Assembly (NCBI GenBank): GCA_964016885.1
Contig: OZ024741.1
Location: 300,452,001-300,516,000, forward strand
From: Eledone cirrhosa
Lineage: Eukaryota
Reading direction: 5' to 3'
Length of the DNA: 64,000 nt
Part shown: piece after piece, positions 42,244 through 54,888 of the stretch
Numbering within the stretch: position 1 is the stretch's first letter
Layout of the letters: every line of letters starts with the position of its first letter
Program-made: the position numbers and the translations under genes
Notes under the pieces: model-generated
Databases searched by the model: none
What the model saw: the letters and a program-made list of their open reading frames with translations, nothing else
What the model was told of the DNA's origin: nothing

Positions 42244-43026
42244 GTTAAAACAATGAAATAAAAAATCAAGTCATTAGAGATATACTTCACTGCTTTACGA
42301 TCGTTTCTAGATGGTGATAATACATTGTATCTATACTCAGTTATTGATCTATGTAAGTTTACAAACTACCAGATAGAGAGAATATTTACTTACATGCATA
42401 TCACCAGCTGTTTACAAAAGCAATAATAATTTTATTCAATAATAATTGTATTCAATAATAATTTTATTCAGAATTAGTATCATGTCCATATTTGGAGATA
42501 GTTGAAGAACTAACTAATCAAATTGTTTTTTTCATATGGTATTAAGATGAAAAGTAATACACTTTAGTTGAGGTTATGAGGTCATGACATTCCTTTTAAA
42601 TTCACTATACAAGATACATTCAACTATCAGTTTGACAATCCCCTTCCTTCCTAATAGATTTTTATGCCATTTCTACTAACACCTCTCAACCATTCCTTTC
42701 AAAGGGTCATGACCTCAACTAAAGTGTATTACTTTTCATCTTAACACCATATGAAAAAAACAATTTGATTCATTAGTTCTTCAACTACCTCCAAATATGG
42801 ACATGATACTAATTCTGAGTAAAATTATTATTGAATAAAATTATTATTGCTTTTGAAAACTGCTGGTAATATGCATTTAAGTAAATATTCTCTCTATCTG
42901 ATAGTTTGTAAACTTACATAGATCAATAACTGAGTATAGATACAATGTATTATCACCATCTAGAAACGATGGTAAAGCAGTGAAGTATATCTCTAATGAT
43001 TTGATTTTTTATTTCACTGTTTTAAC
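42244..43026. repeat. Large, high-identity inverted repeat (~320-345-bp arms, ~120-bp loop)
   Basis: gttaaaacaatgaaataaaaaatcaa...gaggtcatgac versus gtcatgacctc...ttgattttttatttcactgttttaac. Confidence 0.95.
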
Positions 43027-43188
43027 GAAGGAAATGTGGTAAGGAACCAGGTGGACCATAACGCACCTAAGTACTCAATACTTAGGGTAGTAGAGTGGGT
43101 AATAGGAACGAGTAGGACCCCGACGGCTAATTCTGGACTAGAATTAGCCGTCGAAACGGCTTGAGCTCAGCCGTCGGGGTCCTACTCG

Positions 43189-43191
<3 letters not shown>
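43027..43191. mobile_element. Fold-back family B copy (terminal hairpin 43106-43191)
   Basis: Homologous to 3398-3589; gaacgagtaggaccccgacggct / agccgtcggggtcctactcgttc, then (TA)n. A remnant also lies at ~11433-11475. Confidence 0.8.
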
Positions 43192-43245
<54 letters not shown>

Positions 43246-43249
43246 TTAT

Positions 43250-44760
43250 AGGTATGTGTGTATATAGAAGGCAAGGGTACTATACACGTATTTATTGCAC
43301 TAAGTATGTTGTCATTTAGGTACAAACATTTCTTTGGTTGACTATTTCAGTCTTTTCTTAGACAGATCTGTCTTCCCAGAATTTGTAATAGTTGTATTCT
43401 TTTCCTTTGAGAGTGAAAGAGTTCTAAAAACGGAATTAAAAAGGGTAATGAATATATAGAGAGGGGCTATTTATATAGAGAGTGTGGTAAATATAGACTT
43501 TCCGGTATTCCCATATAGGTTTTAACCTGCAGGTGTATGTTTGCTAGGGTCGAGGAGACTTAGCTTCATATATCAATGCGTGCACGCCACAAGCTTGTTA
43601 TAGAGTCATGCGTCTGTCATCTGAATGAGCAGCCTGGTGGGGGAAATCTCGTGGATGTGCTGTTAGTATAGATATTTGCATTTCTGGCACACGTATAGTC
43701 TATTTTTAATGGGACATCTCTTACGAATTCGTGTGTATTCATGGTCTAAATGGAAAAGTTTATTTGTGAGGGTTATGGAGAAAAGGTTTGTATAACATTT
43801 GCTGTATTTTTCTTATTTTCGTCATCAAGGTAGTGGGAAATGTTTATATTTAAAGCCACTGTTGGCAGGAGTGTTATTCTTATAGGAGCTTCTCTTGCAA
43901 CAATGTCCATATTAGTGGGGATAGAATATAGTTTCTCTTATTTATTTTGTCAATTAAATTCTTCAGGACTACAGATGTGTGGCATGAGTTCCTGTTCATC
44001 TATTTATGTTGCACATTGGTTTTGAGGTAAGGTTAATGTGAATGTATGTTTAGATTGAAGGTAACCTGTATGAAATTAACACTAATGAGGTTGGTGGTAA
44101 CCTTGAGCTTTTACCCCAGTTAATTAAAGGTGTCTAAAAGGTATTTCGTAAACATATCGAGTTCATGGACGCTCAACCCGTTAGTGGCAGGCAATCGTCA
44201 TGATATAAATATGTATTAAAATCTGTGAATTTTGTTTTAGACTGTCTAAAATATATACAACTACCAAATCCCAGACATCTGCGCTATCAAATGATCTTGG
44301 CACTTCGCATTTTTACCCAGCCTACTCCATTCTTAAAGAGGGTGATTTTCCAATGGAATGTAATTTGAAGGTCAATATCATTTATGTCTCTGCATCTCCC
44401 AGTTAATTCTAAAAACCTATCTAATAAGGTCTTTGATATCGAGGAATAAAGCAGGTAAATGTGGTCCTGCTATTATTTGTACATGTGCTAAACAAATTTT
44501 CTAGAGTGTGACTGTAATCGGCCAGTTTGATTACTCACAAAGACTACCTGTCGGGGTACTGTAGGGGTAATTAATACAGCAAATGATGTTATTGGTTTGA
44601 TGTATTGATGATAAACTCGTAAATTCCCCGGGTTTAGCTAAGAATTCTAATGTCATATCTATATTGAAGGAGGTAGCTAAGAATTTGGGGCGCGGCCAAT
44701 ACATTTTCTGGGATAATTAGATGAGCCTATATTGCACGAATCGGCGCTTCCTGTTAGTTT
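43250..44760 (-). mobile_element. Highly decayed Penelope-like element
   Basis: LYSSISKTLL (like FYPSI), SFDSADVWDLVVVYIL (like GSFDGAEVCELVG.YIL) and KTYMGIPE (like YIGxTE). Confidence 0.7.
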
Positions 44761-45143
44761 TCCGTGAGTGTTCTCCATGTAAAAAGATTGCAAAAGGATT
44801 TAAGAGTTGTGTCAGCCGGAACAAGTGGAAATGAGCTTTATGTTGTTGATTTCCTGGCGTTATATATATATATATATAGGGAGATGTATGAGTATGAACC
44901 TATGTGTTTGCATGTCTGTAGGTATGTTTATATGTACGTATATTTGTATGTATACATGCAAACATGCAACAGTATTTTTATATTTATATTTCAACTATGA
45001 TATATGATCGTTTTACATCAAAATGTACATACAGGATTCCTATATGTTAGTTGTTCTCTATGTATTTGTATTTGTGGTAATCCCTATACAAGCATTAATT
45101 CTCTAAGTTTTATATTAAGAACAACATTTCTAATCATGCTACA

Positions 45144-45340
45144 CCTGGCAGTGGAGACTTCTGGGGTCCTCGGTCCCAGGGCTACCTCCTTACTCACCAC
45201 CATAGGCGCTGAGCTGGCCAGTCGCAGGGTGAGCCCCGCGAGTTGGAGTGGCTTTTCCAGCGCGTCTACCTTGCCATCCTCCGGGGAAACGCCTTCGCCA
45301 TTCTGTCCGCCGGGGCTGTGGGTGGGGCCCATTGTGTACC
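45144..45340 (+). mobile_element. Short CRE-clade 3' fragment
   Basis: AVETSGVLGPRATSLLTTIGAELASRR; reverse complement of 45493-45690. Confidence 0.85.
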
Positions 45341-45492
45341 GTTGTAGTTGTTGTAGAAGAAACAGGAAGACAACAACTGGAAAGTTTGATTTTCTACTTT
45401 ATCATTTTTTCCTCCTCTACATTGGTGTCGGATTTTAGAAAATATACATTGGTGTTATATCAGATGAAAGAATGGTATTTAACTAATGGATA

Positions 45493-47448
45493 GGTACGCG
45501 ATGGGGCCCACCCACAGTCCCGGCGGACAAAATGGAGAAGGCGTTTCTCCGGAGAACGGCAAGGGAGACGCGCTGGAAAAGCCACTCCAACTCGCGGGGC
45601 TCACACCTGCGGCTGGCCTGCTCAGCGCCTATGGTGATGAATAAGGAGGTAGCCCTGGGGCCGAGGACACCAGAAGTCTCCACTGCCAGGGGTTGGACTG
45701 CAAACCTGTAGGAGAGTGACAGTTATTTGAGGAGTTTGGCCCCCTCAGCCCGACGTGCAGCAGAACCTGGTTGCGGCTGCAGAAAGTGACGGTGCAAGTG
45801 GCATCCCAGACGAGGGATTTGCCACCGCGGAACGGGAAGATGGTCATGCCACCTGGCATTTTGCCGTCTCCTCGATCCAGCCCCATCGCCTCGAGCTGGC
45901 AAGGGAAGTCTGCAGCGTCCAAGCCCTAATTAATGACCTCGTTGAGGGCAGCATGGTGTGGAATGCGGCTGGCAATGTGGCGACAGGAAAGCGGGTGGAG
46001 GCCGAAAGAGTCCACGGTGGAACCGCAGCGACATTGGTGTGGCTGGCAGATCCGGATGCCGAGCCTTAGAGAAACGCCGATTCGCAGGCTATGGTTGTCT
46101 AGCTGCGTGCCAGTGGAGAAGGAGGGCAGGGCATGGAGCCAGGCACCACTGTGGGGTTTGGAGGCCGCACGAAAACAAGCAAGGCCGTGCTGGTCGAGCT
46201 GGCGCGTGATCCTGTCTGAGGCCAGGCTGCACTGGATGGCATCCCAAGTGTGTTGGGGGGACTTGACGTCAACAGAGGGAGAAGGAGGAGGGACGTCTAC
46301 TGGGCTAAGTCCCAGCCGGTCCCACGTCTCACAGGCGGCCTCGCGTTCTCTGAACACAGAGGGTTCGGCACGAGGTTACCGACGAAAGATACGCCGGCAG
46401 AGCTAGTGATATCGGGGACCGAAGGCCAAGGCCGCTATACCTGGCCGGTAAAGTGGCCTGTTGCCACCCTATGTCGTCAAACTTGACGTTGCATATCCCC
46501 TTGGCTGCTGATCGGATACAAGTATCGAGGTCAGCGACGAGAGATGTCTGGGTGTAGCATGGAGCGCTGCGGAGTGTATAGAGGAGCTTCGGCTTGGCGA
46601 AGCAGTTCCTCTGCAGAAAGAGAGCTAGGTGGCCGTCAATCAAGCCCAGTCGGCTCGTGAGAGCTGTTGAAGCCTTGACCTGATGGTTTAGCGGGTAGCC
46701 GGCGGGTGGATCGGCGACCCGAGGATGAGCACATCCTCTTTGGGGGTCACCTGAACCTGGCGGAGAATGGACCGCACGTCCAAGACGGAGGATGCAAAGC
46801 TCGCAGCAACGAGGCTGACGTTCACCACCTCCGACTTGGCCGAGTTGACCTGGAAGCCGATTCCCGCGAGGGCAGGAACCACCGATTGAGGGTCATGGCA
46901 CACCGTCCGTACGGGCCCGCCCAACATAGTATCATCCAGATACCAAACGCTGAGAGAGGCCGTGATACTCCGGGCGATGTGGTCAATACCAAGGGCGAAC
47001 AGGAGGGGTCCCAAAGGATCCCTCTGTTGGACCCCAGTATCCGAGGGTATGACCGTATCAGCAGCTAGTAACATGCAGGTAAGCCAGCTAGTAACGTGAC
47101 AGGTAAGCCAGCCGGTAGGCAGTGGGGGATCGGCTGAGGCCGGCCTCGAGCAGATGATCCCGGCGTAAAGAGTTGAAGCCATTCCTCATGTCAAGCTTGA
47201 CAATGAGGTGCCTGGAGTCCCTGGATGCCGGTACCGATGGGCAGCTGCTGAAGAACTGCCTGGTTGCATGAGCGGCCCTCTCACAGCCACCGGACACGCC
47301 GACACCCAGTTGCACCGGACTAAACTCCTCACCCAGTTCGTGTGTGACGGACTTGCAGATCACCTTGGCAGCCAGCCTCCGGAAGACATTGACCACAGCA
47401 ATAGGGCGTATGCCACCCTCTTTCTTCCTGTGAGCGGTGAGGCTGCAC
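45493..47448 (-). mobile_element. CRE-clade non-LTR retrotransposon, 5'-truncated and frameshifted
   Basis: GGIRPIAV.NVFRRLAAK, QLGVGVSGGCE, KLDMRNGFNSLRR, GVQQRDPLGPLLF, WYLDD, LVWDATC, FQRVSLAV.R.NA. Confidence 0.9.
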
Positions 47449-47702
47449 TGAAAAACAATATTTGATATTTTTAGAGTGTAGATTAGGCACTCTTGAAATC
47501 AGGAATTACTGCACTTAAAAGTAAGTGTCATTTACAATGTGTGCTGGCAATTAATATTGAAGGTAGTTCGCAGATATTTTGTATTTTATACTCAGGCTTG
47601 CGCTATTTGCATATATCAGTTCAGAAGTTATTGCTTTTGTAAGTATATTAGTTTGTACAGCGTAGAAGTAAAACAATAAAAGAAAGGGGAAAAAGTATTC
47701 TT

Positions 47703-47734
<32 letters not shown>

Positions 47735-48238
47735 GGTTGGGGGGGGGTATATGTGTGTGTTTGCGTGCGCGTGTGTGTATTTGTGTGTGTATGTGTATGT
47801 GTATGTGTGTGTTTTCACATGTGTTTGTGTGTGTGTGTACGTGTGTGTGTATATGTATGTATCTTCATTTGATAAACCAAAAAATATGAAACGTATACTT
47901 ACATTTCGGAGTAATTACGTTCGTAGACAGGACAGTCTAGTAAGTTAATATAATTTATATATAGATAATGACTTTTTCGTGCACAAATATAATACAGGGA
48001 TATAATTATTGTTACTGATTTGCTCTACATTTTGAGTAAATTCTCCATTAAAATATATTCTCAAATATATTAGAATATAAAGTATGATTTATTGGTATTG
48101 CAGGATATTTGATGCAGCTTCAAAATAGACACAAACTATCATTGACGATCGATGTACAATATAATTGAAGATAGAAGATTTTTATGTGTTAGCATACACT
48201 TTATACACCACACACACACACACGCACACACACACACG

Positions 48239-48346
<108 letters not shown>

Positions 48347-48377
48347 GTATATATATATATAAATTATATATATAAAT

Positions 48378-48461
<84 letters not shown>

Positions 48462-48525
48462 TATATACATATATATCTGTTAGCATACACTTTATACACA
48501 CTTTACACACACACAACACACACGT

Positions 48526-49310
48526 ACGTCAAGACGGGCGGTCTCAAAAGTGAAATTAATTTTTAACACACACGCAATTGTATGGATTTCTTAATATATA
48601 TATATATATATGTGTGTGGGTGTGTATATGTGTGTATATATATGTGTGTGTGTATGTATATATATATATATATGTGTGTTTGTATATATATATATGTGTT
48701 TGTGTCATCATCATCGTTTAACGTCTATCTTCCACGCAAGCATGGGTTTAGACGTTTATATGTTTGTGTGTATATATGTGTTTGTGTGTATATATATGTG
48801 TGTTTGTGTGTATATATATGTCTGTATATATATATATGTGTGTATGTATATATATATTTATGCACACATACACATTTGTATGAATTTATTTATTTCAACA
48901 CACAATGTCATTATTTAAAAAAAAAACCATACAATTGTGTACATTCATATATATATGCATCTACAAATTCATACAAATGCGTATGTGTGCATAAATATAT
49001 ATATATACATATACATATATATATATACAGACACATATATATACACACAAACACACATATATATACACACAAACACATATATACACACAAACATATATAT
49101 ACGTCTAAACCCATGCTTGCGTGGAAGATAGACGTTAAACGATGATGATGACACAAACATATATATATATATATACAAACACACACACATATATATATAT
49201 ATATACACATATGCACACATATACACAAACACACATATATATATATATATATTAAGAAATCCATACAATTGCGTGTGTGTCAAAAATTAGTTTCACTTTC
49301 GTCTTGACGT
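48526..49310. repeat. Inverted duplication (~350-bp arms) of microsatellite-rich DNA including a short retroposon 3' end
   Basis: cacacacgcaattgtatggatttc / gaaatccatacaattgcgtgtgtg; both arms contain tcatcatcatcgtttaacgtctatcttccacgcaagcatggg. Confidence 0.9.
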
Positions 49311-49492
49311 ATGCCTATATACATATATATATAGCGATGAAATACCAATGAAAGTTGGAAGATCACTGATGAAGGACTAATTTTCTTCATATATATATGT
49401 ACATATATATATATATATACATATATATTTATATATACACACACACATATATATATATATACATATATATATACATATACATATATATACAA

Positions 49493-49549
<57 letters not shown>

Positions 49550-49706
49550 TATGTATATATATAGAGAGAGAGAAAGAAAGAGAGAGATAGCGAGAGAGAA
49601 TATAAATGCTATATATATATATAGCATTTATATTTTCAGTTTGACTGATCTGTGCACTTACACGACATCCTGCGTTGATTGGTCTGTTTTCGTTTGTACG
49701 CACTCA

Positions 49707-49765
<59 letters not shown>

Positions 49766-49800
49766 ATATATATATATCTTTCTCTCTCTCTATATATATA

Positions 49801-49845
49801 TATTGTTATAATTGGGGAGGGTCATATTACAATAATATTACCAGA

Positions 49846-49850
<5 letters not shown>
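49801..49850. mobile_element. Family H terminus, interrupted at its own AATAATAA
   Basis: tattgttataattggggagggtcatattacaataatattaccagaaataataa matches 31851-31903, then runs into (AAT)n. Confidence 0.8.
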
Positions 49851-49902
<52 letters not shown>

Positions 49903-49911
49903 TAATAATAA

Positions 49912-50320
49912 ATGGACAAAGAAAAAAGATCGTGCCTGATTGTGGATGTGGCCTGCCCGTTCGACACGAGAGTGCAAGAGAAGGAGAGGGAGAAAATTAA
50001 CCGATACCAGGACCTAAAGTGGGAGGTGAAAAGGATTTGGAACTGCCATGAAGTCAAAGTGATCCCGATTGTCATAGGCGCACTGGGGACTATCTCCAAA
50101 GGTTTCCAGGGATGGTTAAAGAAAATCGGCCCCTTCACGCTTTTTGGAACGCTTCAAAAGGCATGCTTGCTTGGAACGGCAAGAACCCTCCGATACGTCC
50201 TGAATATCTGAGGCTGCAGGTAGTGGCTTGATATTCAATCCAACGGACTTTCCAGTTAACCAACATCAATGACTGAGATTCAAGGAATAACAATAACAAT
50301 AATAATAATAATAATAATAA
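49912..50320 (+). mobile_element. Severely 5'-truncated R4/Dong family-1 copy
   Basis: Appears identical to ~58156-58563; (AAT)n on both sides. Confidence 0.95.
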
Positions 50321-53300
50321 CGAATACAGAGCAAACATATATCAACTGGAAAAAGAAACATCCCGAAAACAGAGGCTATATTGACAGTAACAAACTAGCC
50401 AATATACGAAGAAATATTGTAAGAAAAAAGTTACTAACTGATATAGAAATTGATCAGATCAAGCTAGTAGCACAAAGTCAGCGAAGGGAAAATGAAGCAT
50501 GTGTCAGTGAAAACGAGGTAAACTGTAACACTTCGAATCCCAGAGTTGGGGCGGAATCACTGGCAACAGAACAAATTAAAGAAAGGAGCGAAAAAGTGGA
50601 GGGAGTGCATGCTCAGGATGAAACTCCAAATGAAAATAATGAGATCGTAAATGATAAAGAAATGAATGAGAATGAACTTGCCAACTTGAAGGATGAAATT
50701 ATGATCGAATGGATGAAAATGAAAGAATCTGACATGGGGGAACGAGACACCCTCCCTAAGATCCAGAACTCCAAACAGAACCAAAAGATAATACACAAGA
50801 CTAACATAATTCTCAAAAACATTATCATCCCAATCAAAATAAACATTACTGACTTAAATCATCTCTATTATGCATCGGCTAAAGTCACCACTCACTTATG
50901 TGGAGTGAAGATGAAAAAAAAAAGGAATTCCCACAAGAAATCTACTTGGCAAGATAACATCAATCGCCAAATAAACCTTCTCCGATCTGACATAGAAATT
51001 TTAACAAACTATAAAGTAGGTGAACATGTTAAACAAACTAAACTTAGAAAATTGAAAAAAAAGTACAGTATAAGATCAACATGTGACATAGACATGCTGA
51101 TAGAAACAATCAAGCAAAAAGTGTCGGCCAAAGCTGCTCGTATAAGGCGCTTTGAAAAACGATCTAGATTCTATAAGGACAATAATATGTTCAAAAACAA
51201 CCAAAGAAACTTCTACAGAAAAATTGGTAAGTCAACAATAACTGCTAAATCAATACCACCCAAGGAGGAAGTGCAAGAATTCTGGGAAAAGATCTGGGCC
51301 GAAGAAAAAGTCCATAACATACATGCCCCATGGATAGACAGACAAATGAAAGAAACAGCTCACCTTGAAGAACAAACATGGGAAAATATAACAGTTGAAC
51401 AGCTGCGCTTGGCTCTAAGAAAAACCAGCAAATGGAAATCCCCAGGAAAAGACAAAATACAAAACTTTTGGATAAATGCCTTCACAGAGTCTCATGAGCT
51501 GTTAGCCCAACTTTACAATGAAATAGTTAAGGAGCCAGAAAAGATACCATCATGGCTAGTTAACGGCATTACATTCCTGCTACCGAAGAATGATGAGACA
51601 AACAATCCCAAAAATTACAGACCGATAACCTGCTTGACCACAATGTATAAAATTTTAACATCAGTCCTAACTGAATACACATATGACCACCTGATAACAA
51701 ATGACCTATTTCCCATTGAGCAGAAAGGGTGTAAACGAGGCTCATATGGCTGTAAGGATCAGCTTCTGGTTAACAAAATGATACTGGAAGATTGTCATAA
51801 TAGACACAAAAATCTATCGATTGCTTGGATAGATTATAAAAAAGCATTTGATAGTTTGCCACACAGTTGGATTGAAAAATGTTTAGAGATTTTCAAAATA
51901 TCCCCCGTTGTCAGGAGGTTTTTGTCATTCAGTATGAGGACATGGAGAACGACACTCCTTTTGAATAGTGAAACAAAATCACTGGAAGCTGGAGAAGTTA
52001 GCATTAATTGTGGAATTTTTCAGGGTGACTCTTTATCACCGCTTTTATTCTGCATCGCACTTATACCATTAAGTAAAATGCTCAATGAAACAAAACATGG
52101 ATATAGAGTCTATGACAAAACCATTAATCACCTGTTCTACATGGATGACCTGAAACTATTTGCAAAAAATGATGAACAATTGCAAGGGCTATTATCCACT
52201 GTGAAGCAGTTCAGTGATGACATTAAAATGGAGTTTGGACTGGATAAATGCGCCAAAGCAACGTTCACCAGAGGAAAGCGGCTGAAGAGTTCAGACATTA
52301 ATCTTGATCGGGGGAACGTGATAAGAGAGCTTGATCAAGAACAAACTTACAAATATCTAGGTGTTTGTGAAGGAGACGGAATCAAGCACTCGACAATGAG
52401 GGAAAGGATAAGGAAGGAATGTTACCGCAGAGTCAGAGCAATCTTAAGAACGGAATTGAATGCAAGGAATAGGATCGATGCCATAAACACGCTTGCCATA
52501 CCAGTAGTAACCTACAGTTACAATGTCATCAACTGGTCAAGCACAGAGATCCGTAGGCTCGATACAAAAATCCGAAAATTCTTAACCATGCACAGAATGC
52601 ATCACCCTAAGGCAGACATAGATAGAATATATCTCCCTAGGAAATAAGGAGGACGTGGGTTAATCCAGTTAGACATTACGTTGAAAACTGCAACAATTGG
52701 ATTATCTACATATCTAAGGGAATCACATGATTGGATGATCAAACTCGTTTTGAAACACGAAAGCACCAAAAGATCATATTCCATTACAAAAGATGCACAA
52801 AGATACAGTAATGGCCTACAAATTTCAGAAGTCCCATTTACTGCTGAAATGGAAAACACAGAAAAAGCAAAGCAGGTAAAAGTAACTGCAAAGAAAGAAC
52901 TGCTACAGAAACTGGCTAAGAAATGGCAAGAAAAGCCTCTGTATGGAAAATACCCAGAGCGAGCTAACAATCCTGATGTTGACAAAACTTTAACCCATCA
53001 GTGGTTGGCATCCTCTGGACTGAAATCGGAGACTGAAGGACTGATTATATCGGCACAAGATCAGTGTCTGCCAACAAAAAATTACCAAGCCAACATAATA
53101 AAAAATGGGTGCAGCCCATTATGCCGTGTATGCAAAAAACAACCAGAGACCATTGACCATATAATTTCAATGTGCAGTCCTATAGCTCCAACCGAATACC
53201 TAAACAGGCATGACAGAGCTGCACAATACATACATTGGATAATGTGTAAGCATTTTGACCTGCCCCATCAAAAGAATTGGTGGGAGCATCAACCACCTCC

Positions 53301-53848
53301 CATACTTGAAAAAGATCACATCTCAATCTTGTGGAACTTTAGCATCCAAACAGACCGAAAAATAGATGCAAATAGACCTGATATAATATTGAAGGACTTT
53401 CAAAGGAGGGTATGCCTGCTAATTGATATGTCTGTTCCAATAGACAAGAATGTATCTATAAAAACATTTGAAAAATTGAGCAAGTATAAGGACCTGGAGA
53501 TAGAAATTGGAAAAATGTGGAAATTGAGAACTAAAACAATACCAGTGGTTGTAGGCGCTCTGGGAATGATACCTAAGGGGTCTAACGACTACTTATCGCA
53601 AATCCCAGGAAACCCGCGTATAGGAGAAATACAAAAGATAGTACTAATGGGAACTGCCCATATACTAAGGAAGATCCTGTCAATATAAGTACATCACAAG
53701 TCTAAACACTAAGGATGCATGTGTGAATATGTGTGTTCTTTCTTGAACATGGCGGACCTTGTTGTCTCTTGAGGTCACTGGTTGTGACTTGGTGATAACT
53801 CGTATAAACATAAAGCAAGATAAATGCAAATAATAATAATAATAATAA
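50321..53848 (+). mobile_element. R4/Dong-type family-2 element, 5'-truncated, with one nonsense codon
   Basis: RT motifs NYRPITCL, WIDYKKAFDS, GIFQGDSLSP and FYMDD; in-frame TAA at 52645-52647 (RK*GGRGL); CCHC and RPD..D..EK..KY RLE to 53688; (AAT)n tail. Confidence 0.95.
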
Positions 53849-54468
53849 TGTACACTGTATATCCCAAAAAAAAAAAAATGGCTATAAATGGAAGAAGAAG
53901 AACCCCCCCCCCTCCTCTCCTCTGGCTACACTATATAGGACAGCTAAACTCACCAACACCAGAAACTAGATACACCACCCACCCCATCATCTGTGTACAC
54001 TAAACACAACACCATTTTCACCTTCACCGCCACCGCTCACTACGGCCATCATTACCACCACTATCCCATCACCGCCGCCACCACCCCTTGACTCCTTCAC
54101 TGCTGCTGCCACCGCTACAGCACCATCACTACAGTAATACGGCTCAAATATTCAAATATTCAACTTTGTATTGTACACTGTATATCCCCAAAAAATAAAA
54201 TGGCTATAAATGGAAGAAGAAGAACCCCCCCCCTCCCCTCCTCTCCTCTGGCTACACTATATAGGACAGCTAAACTCACCAACACCAGAAACTAGATACA
54301 CCATCCACCCCATCATCTGTGTACACTAAACACAACAGCATTTTCACCTTCACCGCCACCGCTCACTACGGCCATCATTACCACCACTATCCCATCACCG
54401 CCGCCACCACCCCTTGACTCCTTCACTGCTGATGCCACCGCTACAGCACCATCACTACAGTAATACGG
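53849..54468. repeat. ~324-bp tandem duplication; diverged third copy at ~60678-60860
   Basis: tgtacactgtatatccc...gtaatacgg occurs twice; ctcaaatattcaa..ttgtatt and caccaacaccagaaactagatacacc recur at 60.7-60.8 kb. Confidence 0.9.
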
Positions 54469-54888
54469 TCGCATCACCGCCACCACTGCCTCGGTATCGA
54501 CATCACCACCACCACTGTCTCAGTATCGCCAACGCCGCCAGTCTCTGCTGGCTGCCACTTCCACATTATAGAATTCCTACTACTAACAAAGAGGAAGGCA
54601 TCAAAATATATAGATAGACTCAAAAGAAAAAAGAAAAAACAAACAACAAAACCAAAGCAGCACAGCAACAACAACAAAAAAAAAAAAAAAAAGAAAAACG
54701 AGAAAAACAAACAGAGAAAAACAAAAACAAAAAAAGAAACCCCAAAAACGTAAAGAAAATAAGAATGAAGAGAGAAGCAGGCGGACGGACAGAGAAGAGG
54801 GGGGGGGAAAGTAAAACTTAAAAAACAAAAACTAAGTCAGACATTCGAATACTACATTACAATGAAACTTATGCTTATTCATTTTTGG

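Noticed and set aside
52645-52647. Programmed read-through or recoding at the in-frame stop
   Set aside because: TAA sits where family 1 has Glu (SEGGRGL); a simple GAA>TAA mutation or base error is enough.
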